NCBI GenBank assembly: GCA_963675755.2
Contig: CAXXMD010000003.1
Location: 1,088,001-1,152,000 of the forward strand
Source: a bacterium
GTDB lineage: Bacteria > Zhuqueibacterota > Zhuqueibacteria > Residuimicrobiales > Krinioviventaceae
Direction of reading: 5' to 3'
DNA: 64,000 bases
A program made the translations under genes and the position numbers. The notes below the pieces were generated by a model, which ran no database searches, was not told the origin of the DNA, and was given only the letters and a program-made list of their open reading frames with translations. Positions 30,259-39,701 of the stretch are shown piece by piece (position 1 is the first letter of the stretch; each line of letters begins with the position of its first letter).

Positions 30259-30594
30259 ATGTCTTATACGTTTGATGAACTCAAACATAAAACAGTAGCC
30301 GACCTCCGGGAAATTGCCAAAGGTATTGAAAATGAGGCAGTTCAAGGCTACACACAAATGAACAAAGAGCATTTACTCGAAGGAATTTGTAAAGCCCTTG
30401 ATATCGATATGCATGTGCATAAACATATCGAGGGAGTTGATAAATCCGGTATCAAGAAAAAGATCAAAAGCATGAAAGTACAGCGCGACAAGCTGCTTGC
30501 AACTCCGGGCTATGATAAACATGAATTAAAATCGTTAAGACGAAAAATCCATCATTTGAAAAACGACCTACGTAAAGCAATGGTAAAAGATTGA
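30259..30594 (+). CDS. Small basic hypothetical protein with a Rho-N-like helical motif
   Basis: AGGAGG RBS; ELKHKTVADLREIAK...YTQMNKEHLL followed by a Lys-rich coiled coil. Confidence 0.7.
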   Translation: MSYTFDELKHKTVADLREIAKGIENEAVQGYTQMNKEHLLEGICKALDIDMHVHKHIEGVDKSGIKKKIKSMKVQRDKLLATPGYDKHELKSLRRKIHHLKNDLRKAMVKD

Positions 30595-30600
30595 GAATAC

Positions 30601-30633
30601 AGGCCGGTTTCGTCTCTGATGCCGGCCTTTTTT
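30601..30633 (+). terminator. Intrinsic terminator
   Basis: AGGCCGG...CCGGCCT stem followed by a T run. Confidence 0.65.
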
Positions 30634-30676
30634 ATAAGGATAATTCGTACAGTTCGCTTCAATTGAGAGGTAGTTT

Positions 30677-31753
30677 ATGCAAAATCTGTCCCTGGTACCA
30701 ACACCGGATACGATTCCGGCTCCGTCCTGGATATTCCTGAGTCTGGATGTCATCACATTTATTATTCACCTGTTATTCATCAACATTGTTGTTGGCGGAA
30801 CACTCATCATGCTCTTTTCCCGCTTGAAAGATGATTCTCAGCCACTGCAAAACCGTCTTCACCAAACCATTGCAGGCAAGGTTCCCACAACCTTTGCTCT
30901 GGGCATCAATTTTGGAGTTGCTCCTCTGCTTTTCATCCAGGTGATTTATGGTCATCTGTTTTACTCCAGCTCTGTATTGATGGCTGTATTCTGGATTTTG
31001 ATCATCCCGTTATTGATCATTGCATATTATGGCGCATATATCCATATCCGTCGTTACGATTCTGCTCTGTTATCAAAAACCGCACTCGCATTTACGGCGA
31101 TAATACTACTCTATGTCGCTTTTATTTTTGTAAACAATATGACGCTTATGGTCCAACCCGAAAACTGGAGCGCCTATTTCTCACATCGGGCGGGCAATTA
31201 CCTCAATCTTTCCGAACCCACCCTGGCACCCAGATACCTGCACTTTCTAACGGCATCGGTTGCGGTTGCGGGAATGTTTATGGCCCTGTTGTGGTACCTG
31301 AAACAGCGCAAAGGCGAAAAGGGTGCTGATGTAAAAATGAAAAAATCATTACAAATTTTTGCTATCGCCACATCTGTTCAGGTCATTGTAGGATTCTGGT
31401 TCCTGCTGGCCATCCCCAAAGCATTCATGTTACAGTTCATGGGACAAAATATACTCTATACCATTATCCTGATGATCGGTATATTGCTGGCAATTGGCGC
31501 CATCATAACCGGATTTCTGGGAAAATTCATTCCGGCTTTTGCGCATCTGCTTGTTACAATCATCATTATGGTCATAACCCGCATGAATCTGCGCAGCATG
31601 TATCTGGACAGATTCTTTAATACTGACAGCCTGGTCCTAAAACCACAGTACAGCATACTGGCATTATTTTTACTGGTCTTTGTAACCGGACTCGTTATCG
31701 TAGCATATATGATCAAACTTGCTGTAACAGCTAATCAGAGGAGGGCCGACTGA
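30677..31753 (+). CDS. Polytopic membrane protein, probable partner (divergent CydA-like) of the downstream cytochrome
   Basis: HLLFINIVVGG, NFGVAPLLFIQVIYG, PRYLHF; TGATG coupling to the next gene. Confidence 0.65.
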   Translation: MQNLSLVPTPDTIPAPSWIFLSLDVITFIIHLLFINIVVGGTLIMLFSRLKDDSQPLQNRLHQTIAGKVPTTFALGINFGVAPLLFIQVIYGHLFYSSSVLMAVFWILIIPLLIIAYYGAYIHIRRYDSALLSKTALAFTAIILLYVAFIFVNNMTLMVQPENWSAYFSHRAGNYLNLSEPTLAPRYLHFLTASVAVAGMFMALLWYLKQRKGEKGADVKMKKSLQIFAIATSVQVIVGFWFLLAIPKAFMLQFMGQNILYTIILMIGILLAIGAIITGFLGKFIPAFAHLLVTIIIMVITRMNLRSMYLDRFFNTDSLVLKPQYSILALFLLVFVTGLVIVAYMIKLAVTANQRRAD

Positions 31754-34416
31754 TGAATTATCCGATATGGGAACTGACAAACATTGGCGGCGGCACAATG
31801 ATCGCCCTTATCTCTGTTATTCACGCCTATGTAGCACATCTCGCAGTAGGTGGAGGTATTTTTATCTGGTTGACTGACCTTAAAGGGTTTCGGGAAAACA
31901 GTAAAGACGTTCACAAATATGTCTATAAACACACCAATTTCTTTTTATTATTAACAATGGTGTTTGGCGGTATTACGGGTGTGGGCATCTGGTTCATTAT
32001 TGCCCTGGTACATCCTGCCGGTACCTCTTCACTCATCCACAATTTTGTATTCGGATGGGCTATTGAATGGGTATTTTTCCTGGGCGAGATCACCGCGTTA
32101 CTGATCTATTATTACCAGTTTCACAAACTGGAAAGAAAACCCCGACTCATTCTGGCATTCTTTTATGCCTTGTTTGCCTGGCTGAGCCTGTTTATCATTA
32201 ACGGCATTTTATCATTCATGCTTACTCCCGGCAAATGGATCGACACCATGTCTTTCTGGCATGGATTTCTGAACCCAACGTTTTTTCCGTCACTTTTTTT
32301 CCGTTCATTTTATGCTGCAATGATTGCAGGATTGTTTGGATATGTTACCGCTGTGTTTATCAAAGACAAATCCTTTCGCAATAAAATGATAGACTATTGC
32401 AGCAAATGGCTCTGGATTCCCCTGCCCGGCCTGGTTCTTTCCGGGTTATGGTACTATTTTGCGGTTCCTGAAAATATCAGACAGGTAACTTTTGGACTCA
32501 ATCCGCAATCAGGACCTTTCATAATTGTATTTGCTCTAAGCACCATTCTGATCTATATTTTAGCTCAAATCTATTCCTTTAAATCATACAATTGGGTACA
32601 AAAAACATTGGCATTTGTGCTGGTAATCATTGGATTAACCTGGTATGGCGGATTTGAATATTTGCGCGAAATCTCACGCAAGCCCTGGGTGATCGGGAAA
32701 TACATGTACTCGACCTCGATTAAAGCATCTGACACTGCCAAGCTCAACAAGGAAGGATTACTGACCCACGCAAAATGGACGACTGTTAAAGAAATCAATG
32801 ACAGTAATCGTATGCAGGCAGGTAAAGAGCTGTTCAACATCCAGTGTTTACCCTGTCATACGGTAAACGGTCTTCGGAATCCGCTTGCACCTAAAACCGA
32901 ATCTTTTTCTCGTTTGGGTGTCATGTCTGCACTCACCGGACAAGGAAAAATCCAAACCTATATGCCGCAATTTGTTGGCACCAAACAGGAAATGGCTGCA
33001 TTGGCGGATTATATTTACAGCGGCATCAATGGAAATCCACTTCAAGATACATCAAAACCGATGAACATAAAGAAAACAAGCACAGACGTACCCTCCTTTG
33101 ATCGCAAAAAAGATGAATATGTGCTTCTCGTATGGAACGATCTGGGTATGCATTGCATTTCCGATAACGATCCCTGGTTTGTAATATTACCGCCCGCCAA
33201 CACACTTGAAGCTCAGCTCATAAAAAGAGGCGAGCTGCCCCAGCTTATCACGGATGGTGTTGAGCTGCGCTACAAAGTGGAACCCGGTTTTGAAGATCCT
33301 GCTTCCCAGGTTAAATTCTGGGATTATGCGGAAAAGAATTTTGGAGCAAAGCCGGAAAAAAATATTGGATTACACGGCAATGGTCTAACGGGTGTGTTTA
33401 AATATAACGAGGAACGTTCCGGTTATATTGTAGAAACCATACCGGTAGTCCCCTACAAGGCAGATGGGTCCTTTAATCCGTATCCCACATTTACAGTACA
33501 GGCCGTTGACACAGAAACCGATAAAGTATTGATCGAAACCAAGGTTGTGGCGCCCACATCCACAGAAATGGGCTGCCGGAACTGCCACGGCGGAGACTGG
33601 CGAACTGAAAACGGTGCCGGCATTGCAGATGAAACCTCGATCAACATTCTCAAAGCACATGACCGGCTCAATGGAACAACGCTTTTCAAAGACGCACAAA
33701 ACGGGAATCCCAAACTTTGTCAGAGCTGTCATGCGGATCCCGCGCTTGGCGCAAAAGGCAAGCCGGAACACATGAACCTCTCAGCCGCAATGCATGGCTG
33801 GCATGCCAATTATATGCCGTCTGAAGGTGCAGAAGCTTGTGCGCTGTGTCATCCGGCAAATCCAAAAGGATTTACCCGCTGCAGCAGAGGCTTTCATGCA
33901 GAGTTTGGACTGGATTGTGTGAATTGCCATGGCACACTGAGCGACCATGCTACCGGCCTGTTACAGGCACAAGCAGACAAACCCAGCCAGAAACGTGTTA
34001 TTGCGTCAATTGTGCCTAACCAGGCAAAATCTGTTGCAGATGTAAAGCCCAGAATGCCCTGGCTGCAGGAGCCCGACTGTCTGACCTGCCACGTGGATTT
34101 TGAACAACCGGATATAGATGCACTGGCCTTTAATCACTGGAACGATGATTTCAGCGAGCTGTATCGTATCCGTACTGACAATGCAGGGGTGCGCTGTGAA
34201 GCGTGTCACGGATCTACGCATGCGGTTTATCCCGCGGTAAATCCCTATCAACCGGAACGGGATGTATTGCAGCCCATGCAATACAGTGGTAATCCTTTCC
34301 CCATTGGTTCCAATATGGATTGTGCCGTATGCCACACCACCAAAATGCAGGATCCCATTCACCATGAAAATATGCTGCGCATGTTTAGAAACAGCGACCT
34401 CGTGTCAATAAAATAA
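31753..34416 (+). CDS. Cytochrome bd subunit-I-like membrane domain fused to a multiheme cytochrome c (8 CxxCH)
   Basis: HAYVAHLAVGGG, TGVGIWF, WAIEWVFF, EYLREISRKPW; CLPCH, CRNCH, CQSCH, CALCH, CVNCH, CLTCH, CEACH, CAVCH. Confidence 0.85.
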   Translation: MNYPIWELTNIGGGTMIALISVIHAYVAHLAVGGGIFIWLTDLKGFRENSKDVHKYVYKHTNFFLLLTMVFGGITGVGIWFIIALVHPAGTSSLIHNFVFGWAIEWVFFLGEITALLIYYYQFHKLERKPRLILAFFYALFAWLSLFIINGILSFMLTPGKWIDTMSFWHGFLNPTFFPSLFFRSFYAAMIAGLFGYVTAVFIKDKSFRNKMIDYCSKWLWIPLPGLVLSGLWYYFAVPENIRQVTFGLNPQSGPFIIVFALSTILIYILAQIYSFKSYNWVQKTLAFVLVIIGLTWYGGFEYLREISRKPWVIGKYMYSTSIKASDTAKLNKEGLLTHAKWTTVKEINDSNRMQAGKELFNIQCLPCHTVNGLRNPLAPKTESFSRLGVMSALTGQGKIQTYMPQFVGTKQEMAALADYIYSGINGNPLQDTSKPMNIKKTSTDVPSFDRKKDEYVLLVWNDLGMHCISDNDPWFVILPPANTLEAQLIKRGELPQLITDGVELRYKVEPGFEDPASQVKFWDYAEKNFGAKPEKNIGLHGNGLTGVFKYNEERSGYIVETIPVVPYKADGSFNPYPTFTVQAVDTETDKVLIETKVVAPTSTEMGCRNCHGGDWRTENGAGIADETSINILKAHDRLNGTTLFKDAQNGNPKLCQSCHADPALGAKGKPEHMNLSAAMHGWHANYMPSEGAEACALCHPANPKGFTRCSRGFHAEFGLDCVNCHGTLSDHATGLLQAQADKPSQKRVIASIVPNQAKSVADVKPRMPWLQEPDCLTCHVDFEQPDIDALAFNHWNDDFSELYRIRTDNAGVRCEACHGSTHAVYPAVNPYQPERDVLQPMQYSGNPFPIGSNMDCAVCHTTKMQDPIHHENMLRMFRNSDLVSIK

Positions 34417-34424
34417 TGCATTAA

Positions 34425-34452
34425 AGCTCCCCGGAAATCATTTCGGGGAGCT
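34425..34452 (+). terminator. Hairpin/probable terminator after the cytochrome gene
   Basis: AGCTCCCCG...CGGGGAGCT stem. Confidence 0.65.
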
Positions 34453-34549
34453 CTCTCCGAAAAAATTCTTTATTAAAACCAAGTAATCATCATATAGACC
34501 AGAATTGAGGTCCTTTAGTTAATTGGCGGGTGTGCCTCAGCTTTTAACA

Positions 34550-34615
34550 GCCCGGTTCCTGAGTTCGAGCGAGTCCGCCTTTTAGCGGACGAGCAAGAGT
34601 ATCGAAGGACCGGGC
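34550..34615. repeat. GC-rich nested hairpin (REP-like)
   Basis: Outer stem GCCCGG(T)TCCT/AGGACCGGGC encloses inner stem GTCCGC-CTTTTA-GCGGAC. Confidence 0.55.
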
Positions 34616-34627
34616 GGTAATAAACAA

Positions 34628-34647
34628 ACCACAGAACACGCGGAATG
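34628..34647 (+). repeat. Direct repeat copy 1 (CAC-arm variant)
   Basis: ACCACAGAACACGCGGAATG; 18/20 identical to 36695-36714. Confidence 0.65.
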
Positions 34648-34910
34648 AATAGAAAGAACTTTATTTCGTTTGTTCGTCGCAGACGCACATATTGTAATCT
34701 ATTAATAATGTTCCATTGAAACATCACTACCCACTTCTGGATTGATTATCTCGACTAATTTTTTTATATAATCGTTTTGGTATATACTTTTCTTGACTTT
34801 TTAAAAACTATTTGATTTATTATAAAAGAAACTTTAGGGAAGGGGCTCTCTTGTTTAAAAATAATTACTATTATTTTTGCTAATAGAAATAACATCAAAA
34901 GAGGAATTCT

Positions 34911-36641
34911 ATGATGGTAAAGTCTATCAAGATTTTTATGGGTGTAGTTTGTTGTTATGTTATTGCATTTGGCCAATGGTCAAAAGATATTTCCGAGAAT
35001 ACAGTTGTTTCATATTTCACACAGAATCCCATAGTTGTATCTGATATGGAAAATGGAGCTATCATTATTTCTCAAACTGAAATGTACGCTCCACTTATGC
35101 TCGGAAATCGAATTAATCTTGAGGGGGAAAAAGTGTGGGAAGATGATATATTAAATATGGGGGTAGTAATTACGAGAAAGTCTGGTGAACAATGGTTAGT
35201 GGATCGATGGTCACCGGAAAAACAATTTGTGATGTCAGATGGAAAAGGTGGTTGTTACATTGTATATCAAATTGGTATCTATGCCGGTACAACCGGAGGC
35301 GTTGAGCCCTGGCCTATATATGATGAGCATCTACATTTACAACATTTAGATGCAGATGGAAACAGATTGTTTGGAGATGATGGTTTTGAGTTAATGCCCG
35401 AGACTGTGGATAGTTCAGAAATACAGCATAAAATGCGATTCTGGTGCGCAGACGGTGAAGGCGGACTCTATGTAATTTGGTATAGATGGAACAAATGGGA
35501 TGGTGGTAACGGAATATATCTGGCAAGGATTTCACCACAAGGGAGTTATATTTGGGGACCGAAACGAATTGAACCTGATGGAAGCCATAGTTATATACTT
35601 AATGTGGATCAAAATTTAAATTTGAAACTTTTACGTGATGGAGATAGAGATAAAGCGTTTCGGGATACTCTCTACACAATTGACAAGTTGACTGGTAATA
35701 CCCTTGATAAAAAAGTTGTTGAATTGGGCGTTGGAGAACACGGGTTTTCACAAGCATTTATGAAAAGTGAACCATCTGATAATAATTCTACTATAGCAGT
35801 GTATCGAGATTTTAGAACAGATACATTGCGAGCTTTGAAAATGGATGACTCAGGTAATAACTTATGGGGAGAGGGACCAATTTTTATTACAACTAACATG
35901 TTTGGTTATGTTGGATTTGAAATAGAGAGTGATAAATTGGGAGGCATGTATATATTATATCAAACAGAGGATAAAGATTCATTAAAGCTTGTTCATATAA
36001 ACAATATAGGCGAAATAAATTGGGAATATAATCGTCTAAAAAGTAATGAATCAATAGCTACATATAATACAAATTTATCCGCAGGTGAAGATGGTTCTAT
36101 ATTTTTATTATCTGAACGTGTCAAGTATTTAACAAAAATTGATAAAGATGGCGAGTTTCAGTGGAAAACACAAGTAACAAGCAGAGATAGTGTTGTAAAT
36201 AGATTTACTTATTACACTTTATTAGCTGATGATATTGGTGGATGTATTGTTGTCTGGTATGAATCGGGTGATTTCTATGGTCTAAGAGCACAACGAATCA
36301 ATAAAAATGGAAAGTTGGGTACGCTTACTTCTATCCCGATACAAAGACAGAATAATGATAGAGAATTAGTAAAATTTAATGGGACCTATCCGAATCCATC
36401 AAATTCTACTGTTAAAGTATCATTCGAATTATTAAAACCTCAATATGTTGAATTAAAAGTGTACAATATCTTGGGAATGGAGGTAAAAACATTAATTGCA
36501 GAAAATCTGAGTTCGGGACAACATGTAAAAAGCTGGCATGGTCTGGATAATAATAATTTACCAGTATCATCCGGGATTTATTTTGCAATACTTGAATCCG
36601 GAGAATATAAAAAAGTACAAAAAATACTAATAACAAAGTAA
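34911..36641 (+). CDS. AT-rich secreted protein with beta-propeller-like repeats and FlgD/T9SS-like CTD
   Basis: Repeated SDGKGG.YIVY / DGEGGLYVIW / DDIGGCIVVW; TYPNPSN...VYNILG...SSGIYF. Confidence 0.75.
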   Translation: MMVKSIKIFMGVVCCYVIAFGQWSKDISENTVVSYFTQNPIVVSDMENGAIIISQTEMYAPLMLGNRINLEGEKVWEDDILNMGVVITRKSGEQWLVDRWSPEKQFVMSDGKGGCYIVYQIGIYAGTTGGVEPWPIYDEHLHLQHLDADGNRLFGDDGFELMPETVDSSEIQHKMRFWCADGEGGLYVIWYRWNKWDGGNGIYLARISPQGSYIWGPKRIEPDGSHSYILNVDQNLNLKLLRDGDRDKAFRDTLYTIDKLTGNTLDKKVVELGVGEHGFSQAFMKSEPSDNNSTIAVYRDFRTDTLRALKMDDSGNNLWGEGPIFITTNMFGYVGFEIESDKLGGMYILYQTEDKDSLKLVHINNIGEINWEYNRLKSNESIATYNTNLSAGEDGSIFLLSERVKYLTKIDKDGEFQWKTQVTSRDSVVNRFTYYTLLADDIGGCIVVWYESGDFYGLRAQRINKNGKLGTLTSIPIQRQNNDRELVKFNGTYPNPSNSTVKVSFELLKPQYVELKVYNILGMEVKTLIAENLSSGQHVKSWHGLDNNNLPVSSGIYFAILESGEYKKVQKILITK

Positions 36642-36694
36642 AATAATCCATCATTAGAGTGGTCTATAGCTCTCATGTGAGATGTAAATAACAG

Positions 36695-36714
36695 ACCACA
36701 GAACTCGCAGAATG
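36695..36714 (+). repeat. Direct repeat copy 2 (CAC-arm variant)
   Basis: ACCACAGAACTCGCAGAATG, continuing GCACAAAG. Confidence 0.65.
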
Positions 36715-36921
36715 GCACAAAGTTTCAGATTTAAAAAGCCTAAACAATCTCTCCTATTTATGAAAACAAATATCGTTTGATTCTTTCATGATTTTTCTAT
36801 TTTATTCGTTTGAATATTATTACTCCTTCAAAACAACAGCGCAAAAAAAACTAACACTTTATTAAAAAAAATTATATATTTACAAACACACCTGACAAGA
36901 ATCAACCCGGAGATTTGACGG

Positions 36922-39660
36922 ATGAAAACCCGATTTACGATTACCCTATTATTTCTGATGCTGGTCAACTGTTTGTATGCAGGCTTGTCCATATCAGACT
37001 TGACCTGCGAATACAAGACCAATCCCCTTGGCATGGACGAAACCAACCCCAGACTTGGCTGGATTTTAAATGCCACAGAAATAAATACCATGCAGACCGC
37101 ATACCAGGTTCAGGTTTCTCTTGATCCGAAAACGTTCAAGACAGAACCGGTATGGGATTCCGGCAAAACCGACTCTGATCAATCTTTCCAGATTGTATAT
37201 AATGGAACAGACCTGCAAAGCGCTACCCGATACTATTGGCGCGTCAAGGTGTGGGACAATCACAACAACGAATCAGAATGGAGCGCACCGGCTTTTTGGG
37301 AAATGGGACTCTTGTCCCCCAAAGACTGGAAAGCCACCTGGATCCGTCCCGATCTTGAAGAAAATCTTGCAGAGCTTAATCCTGCGCCCATGCTGCGCAA
37401 AGAATTCCACCTTGAAGCCAAAGTCAAATCCGCCCGGGCTTATATCACCTCATTGGGATTATACGAGTTCCAGTTAAACGGGAAACGGGTTGGCGAACAG
37501 GTGCTGACACCGGGATGGACCACTTTTCTACATCGCATTCAATACCAGACCTATGATGTGACCAACTTGCTCAAAACTGGTGATAATGCAGTGGGCGTTA
37601 CACTGGGAGACGGCTGGTATCGCGGTACCCTGGCATGGGGAGACAAGAGCTTGCCACGTGACCGCACCCTGAAACTGCTAATGCAAATAGAAATCACCTA
37701 TACCAATGGTAAAACCGAAACCATTGTAACAGACAATACATGGAAAAGTAATACGGGTCCCATTCTCATGTCTGATCTGTTTATGGGAGAAACCTATGAC
37801 GCACGCCTTGAATATGTTAACTGGACAAAATCCGGTTTTGACGACAGTGAATGGCACCGGGTCATTGTATCCGCGGATCCCGGCATCGAGATCAAAGCAC
37901 CCGATGGCCCACCCGTTCTGAAAATTCAGGAATTAAAACCCGTTGGCAAATCTGTTACACCAGAAGGAGACATTGTTTTCGACATGGGTCAGAATATGGT
38001 TGGCTGGCTCCGATTCAAAGTCAAAGGTCCCAAAGGCACAACCATTGAAATACGTCACGCCGAAGTGCTGGACAAAGACGGCAATTTCTATACAGAGAAT
38101 TTGCGTCGTGCAAAACAGACCATCACCTATACTCTCAAAGGAGATGGTGTTGAAGTGTTTGAGCCCCATTTTACCTGGCAGGGATTTCAATATTTTGCTG
38201 TCAAGGGCTGGCCCGGAGAACCTTCTCTGGAAGATTTTACAGGAGTGGTTGTTCATTCCGATATCACTCCAACCATGGAATTCAGTTGTTCGAATCCCAT
38301 GCTGAACCAGTTGCAGCACAATATCCAATGGGGACAAAAAGGCAACTTTGTAGATGTACCTACCGACTGCCCTCAGCGTGATGAACGCATGGGCTGGACC
38401 GGCGACGCACAGGTTTTTGCAACAACTGCATGTTTCAATGCCGATGTTGCAGGCTTTTATACCAAATGGCTCAAAGATATGATCTATGATCAAAAAGAAA
38501 GCGGAGCCATTCCCGACGTGGTTCCCAATATCCGCTGGAGTCTTGATCCTGTTCAGCGCTGCGGTGCAAGCGGCTGGTCAGACGCGGTTGTAGTGATACC
38601 CTGGACGGTTTACCAGTATTACAACGACACCCGTATCCTCAGTGTCATGTATGACAGCATGGTCAAATGGATAAAATTTATGCAAACCAATGCGGGTGAT
38701 GATTATATCTGGTCCGAAAGTAACCAACTGGGTGACTGGCTGTCATTCAACTCGCAAAGCTCATCGTATCCCGGAGCTTATACAGACAAAGAATTTATTG
38801 CAACGGCCTATTTTGCCTATTCAACCGGTTTGGTTGCTAAAACAGCTGCAATACTGGGTAAAGATGAAGATGCAAAAGCATTTACAGATTTGAGAGAGAA
38901 AATAAAAAGCGCATTCATTCAGGAATTTATGACACCAGACGGCAGACTTTCTCCCAATACCCAAACCGCTTATTCTCTTGCGCTTTCATTTGATCTGATA
39001 CCAGAGTCATTAAAAGCCAAAACTGCTTCAAGACTTGCCGCAAATGTAAACGAGTTTGGACATATCACAACCGGATTTCTCGGTACACCACTCATCAGCC
39101 TTTGCCTGAGTAATAATGGTTACCTGGACGAAGCGTATATGCTGCTAAATCGCCAAAGGTATCCCTCCTGGCTCTATCCCATAACCCGTGGGGCCACTAC
39201 AATCTGGGAACGCTGGGACGGAATTAAACCAGACAGTACGTTTCAGACACCGTCTATGAATTCATATAACCATTATGCCTATGGCGCAATTGGCAACTGG
39301 ATGTACCGGACCATAACCGGTATCAACAACGATCCTGCGCAGCCGGGATTTAAACACATTAATATCGAACCTCAACCCGGTGGTGATCTGAACTGGGCAA
39401 AAGCAGAATACAACTCGCTTTATGGGCCAATACGTTCATCATGGAAAATCACTGATGGTACTTATACACTGACGCTGGATATTCCGGTGAATACATCTGC
39501 AACAATTCAGTTACCCAATGCAGAGATTGCCAATATCAAAGTAAACGATAAATCGCTGACCGAAACCGCTGTTTTGTCAAATATTCATCAGCAGGGAAAC
39601 AATGTTTTGCTCCAATCCGGATCAGGGCATTATAGCTTTGAATATAAATTGAAAGAATAG
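36922..39660 (+). CDS. Alpha-L-rhamnosidase (GH78)
   Basis: PTDCPQRDERMGWTGD, GATTIWERWD, SYNHYAYG. Confidence 0.95.
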   Translation: MKTRFTITLLFLMLVNCLYAGLSISDLTCEYKTNPLGMDETNPRLGWILNATEINTMQTAYQVQVSLDPKTFKTEPVWDSGKTDSDQSFQIVYNGTDLQSATRYYWRVKVWDNHNNESEWSAPAFWEMGLLSPKDWKATWIRPDLEENLAELNPAPMLRKEFHLEAKVKSARAYITSLGLYEFQLNGKRVGEQVLTPGWTTFLHRIQYQTYDVTNLLKTGDNAVGVTLGDGWYRGTLAWGDKSLPRDRTLKLLMQIEITYTNGKTETIVTDNTWKSNTGPILMSDLFMGETYDARLEYVNWTKSGFDDSEWHRVIVSADPGIEIKAPDGPPVLKIQELKPVGKSVTPEGDIVFDMGQNMVGWLRFKVKGPKGTTIEIRHAEVLDKDGNFYTENLRRAKQTITYTLKGDGVEVFEPHFTWQGFQYFAVKGWPGEPSLEDFTGVVVHSDITPTMEFSCSNPMLNQLQHNIQWGQKGNFVDVPTDCPQRDERMGWTGDAQVFATTACFNADVAGFYTKWLKDMIYDQKESGAIPDVVPNIRWSLDPVQRCGASGWSDAVVVIPWTVYQYYNDTRILSVMYDSMVKWIKFMQTNAGDDYIWSESNQLGDWLSFNSQSSSYPGAYTDKEFIATAYFAYSTGLVAKTAAILGKDEDAKAFTDLREKIKSAFIQEFMTPDGRLSPNTQTAYSLALSFDLIPESLKAKTASRLAANVNEFGHITTGFLGTPLISLCLSNNGYLDEAYMLLNRQRYPSWLYPITRGATTIWERWDGIKPDSTFQTPSMNSYNHYAYGAIGNWMYRTITGINNDPAQPGFKHINIEPQPGGDLNWAKAEYNSLYGPIRSSWKITDGTYTLTLDIPVNTSATIQLPNAEIANIKVNDKSLTETAVLSNIHQQGNNVLLQSGSGHYSFEYKLKE

Positions 39661-39701
39661 TAATTCTATATCATAATCAATCAAATCAGGAGGTAGGAAA
39701 C

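Noticed and set aside
34515-34727. 70 aa minus-strand ORF
   Set aside because: It runs across the hairpin and repeat, with no recognisable motif; likely spurious.
34493-36668. 9 bp inverted repeat TATAGACCA / TGGTCTATA around the AT-rich islet as IS ends
   Set aside because: Too short to exclude chance; no transposase or target duplication is seen.
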